A stretch of DNA of 24,000 nt, taken from an uncultured Thiosulfatimonas sp. (GTDB lineage Bacteria > Pseudomonadota > Gammaproteobacteria > Thiomicrospirales > Thiomicrospiraceae). The notes beneath the pieces were generated by a model. The model did not search any database and was not told the origin of the DNA. It saw only the letters and a list, made by a program, of their open reading frames with translations. Position numbers and translations under genes: made by a program. The first letter of the stretch is position 1, and each line of letters begins with the position of its first letter. The stretch covers positions 14,749 to 38,748 of the forward strand of contig CAZJPO010000001.1 of the NCBI GenBank assembly GCA_964547865.1, in the 5' to 3' direction. Below are positions 23,877 through 24,000 of this stretch, piece after piece.

Positions 23877-24000
23877 CACTGATATTTTGTTTGTGTTTTT
23901 TCCTGTGAATGACCACAAACAAGCTATTAACAGAAATTGGTTTTATTGTTACTTGCTTTGCCAAGTATCAATAAATGGCGGCACAGAGACTAATCAGCCG

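Noticed and set aside
1-24000. A scan for CRISPR arrays, rRNA/tRNA genes, integrase/att sites and oriT.
   Set aside because: I saw no regularly spaced direct repeats, no rRNA- or tRNA-like segments, and no integrase or relaxase ORFs in this window. Those ICE parts presumably lie outside it.

Overview
This window is the transfer core of an integrative conjugative element (ICE) with an MPF_G / GI-type type IV secretion system (T4SS), the ICEHin1056 / ICEclc / PAPI-1 lineage, in moderately AT-rich, probably gammaproteobacterial DNA. On the plus strand a translationally coupled operon runs from the 3' part of traD through the PFL_4697 to PFL_4705-type genes, a lipoprotein, the VirB4-like ATPase TraC, the PFL_4709/4710/4711-type genes and a TraG-like protein (nt 2-16252). 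These family names come from recalled gene order, size and topology, not from a search. The operon is interrupted once, at about 6454-8156, by a 1.7 kb cassette. It carries an apparently intact IscB (OMEGA-class RNA-guided nuclease with PLMP, split RuvC, Arg-rich bridge helix and HNH) preceded by a 282-nt, hairpin-dense non-coding leader that fits an omega RNA. No TnpA is visible. Downstream of traG lies a cargo region. It holds a HigB/HigA-like (HI1419/HI1420-type) toxin-antitoxin pair and a convergent orphan membrane protein. It also holds a tightly coupled four-gene minus-strand operon of unknown function: a polytopic-membrane spermidine-synthase-like protein, a CFI-box-like small protein, a membrane-anchored PD-(D/E)xK nuclease-like protein and a small SH3/Tudor-like protein, ending in a clear terminator. 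I flag this operon as a candidate undescribed defence or membrane-effector system. The right end carries a lambda-Red-like recombination module: an SSB with an N/Q-rich linker, RecT, a very acidic 136-aa protein and a YqaJ-type exonuclease. I saw no rRNA, tRNA or CRISPR array.
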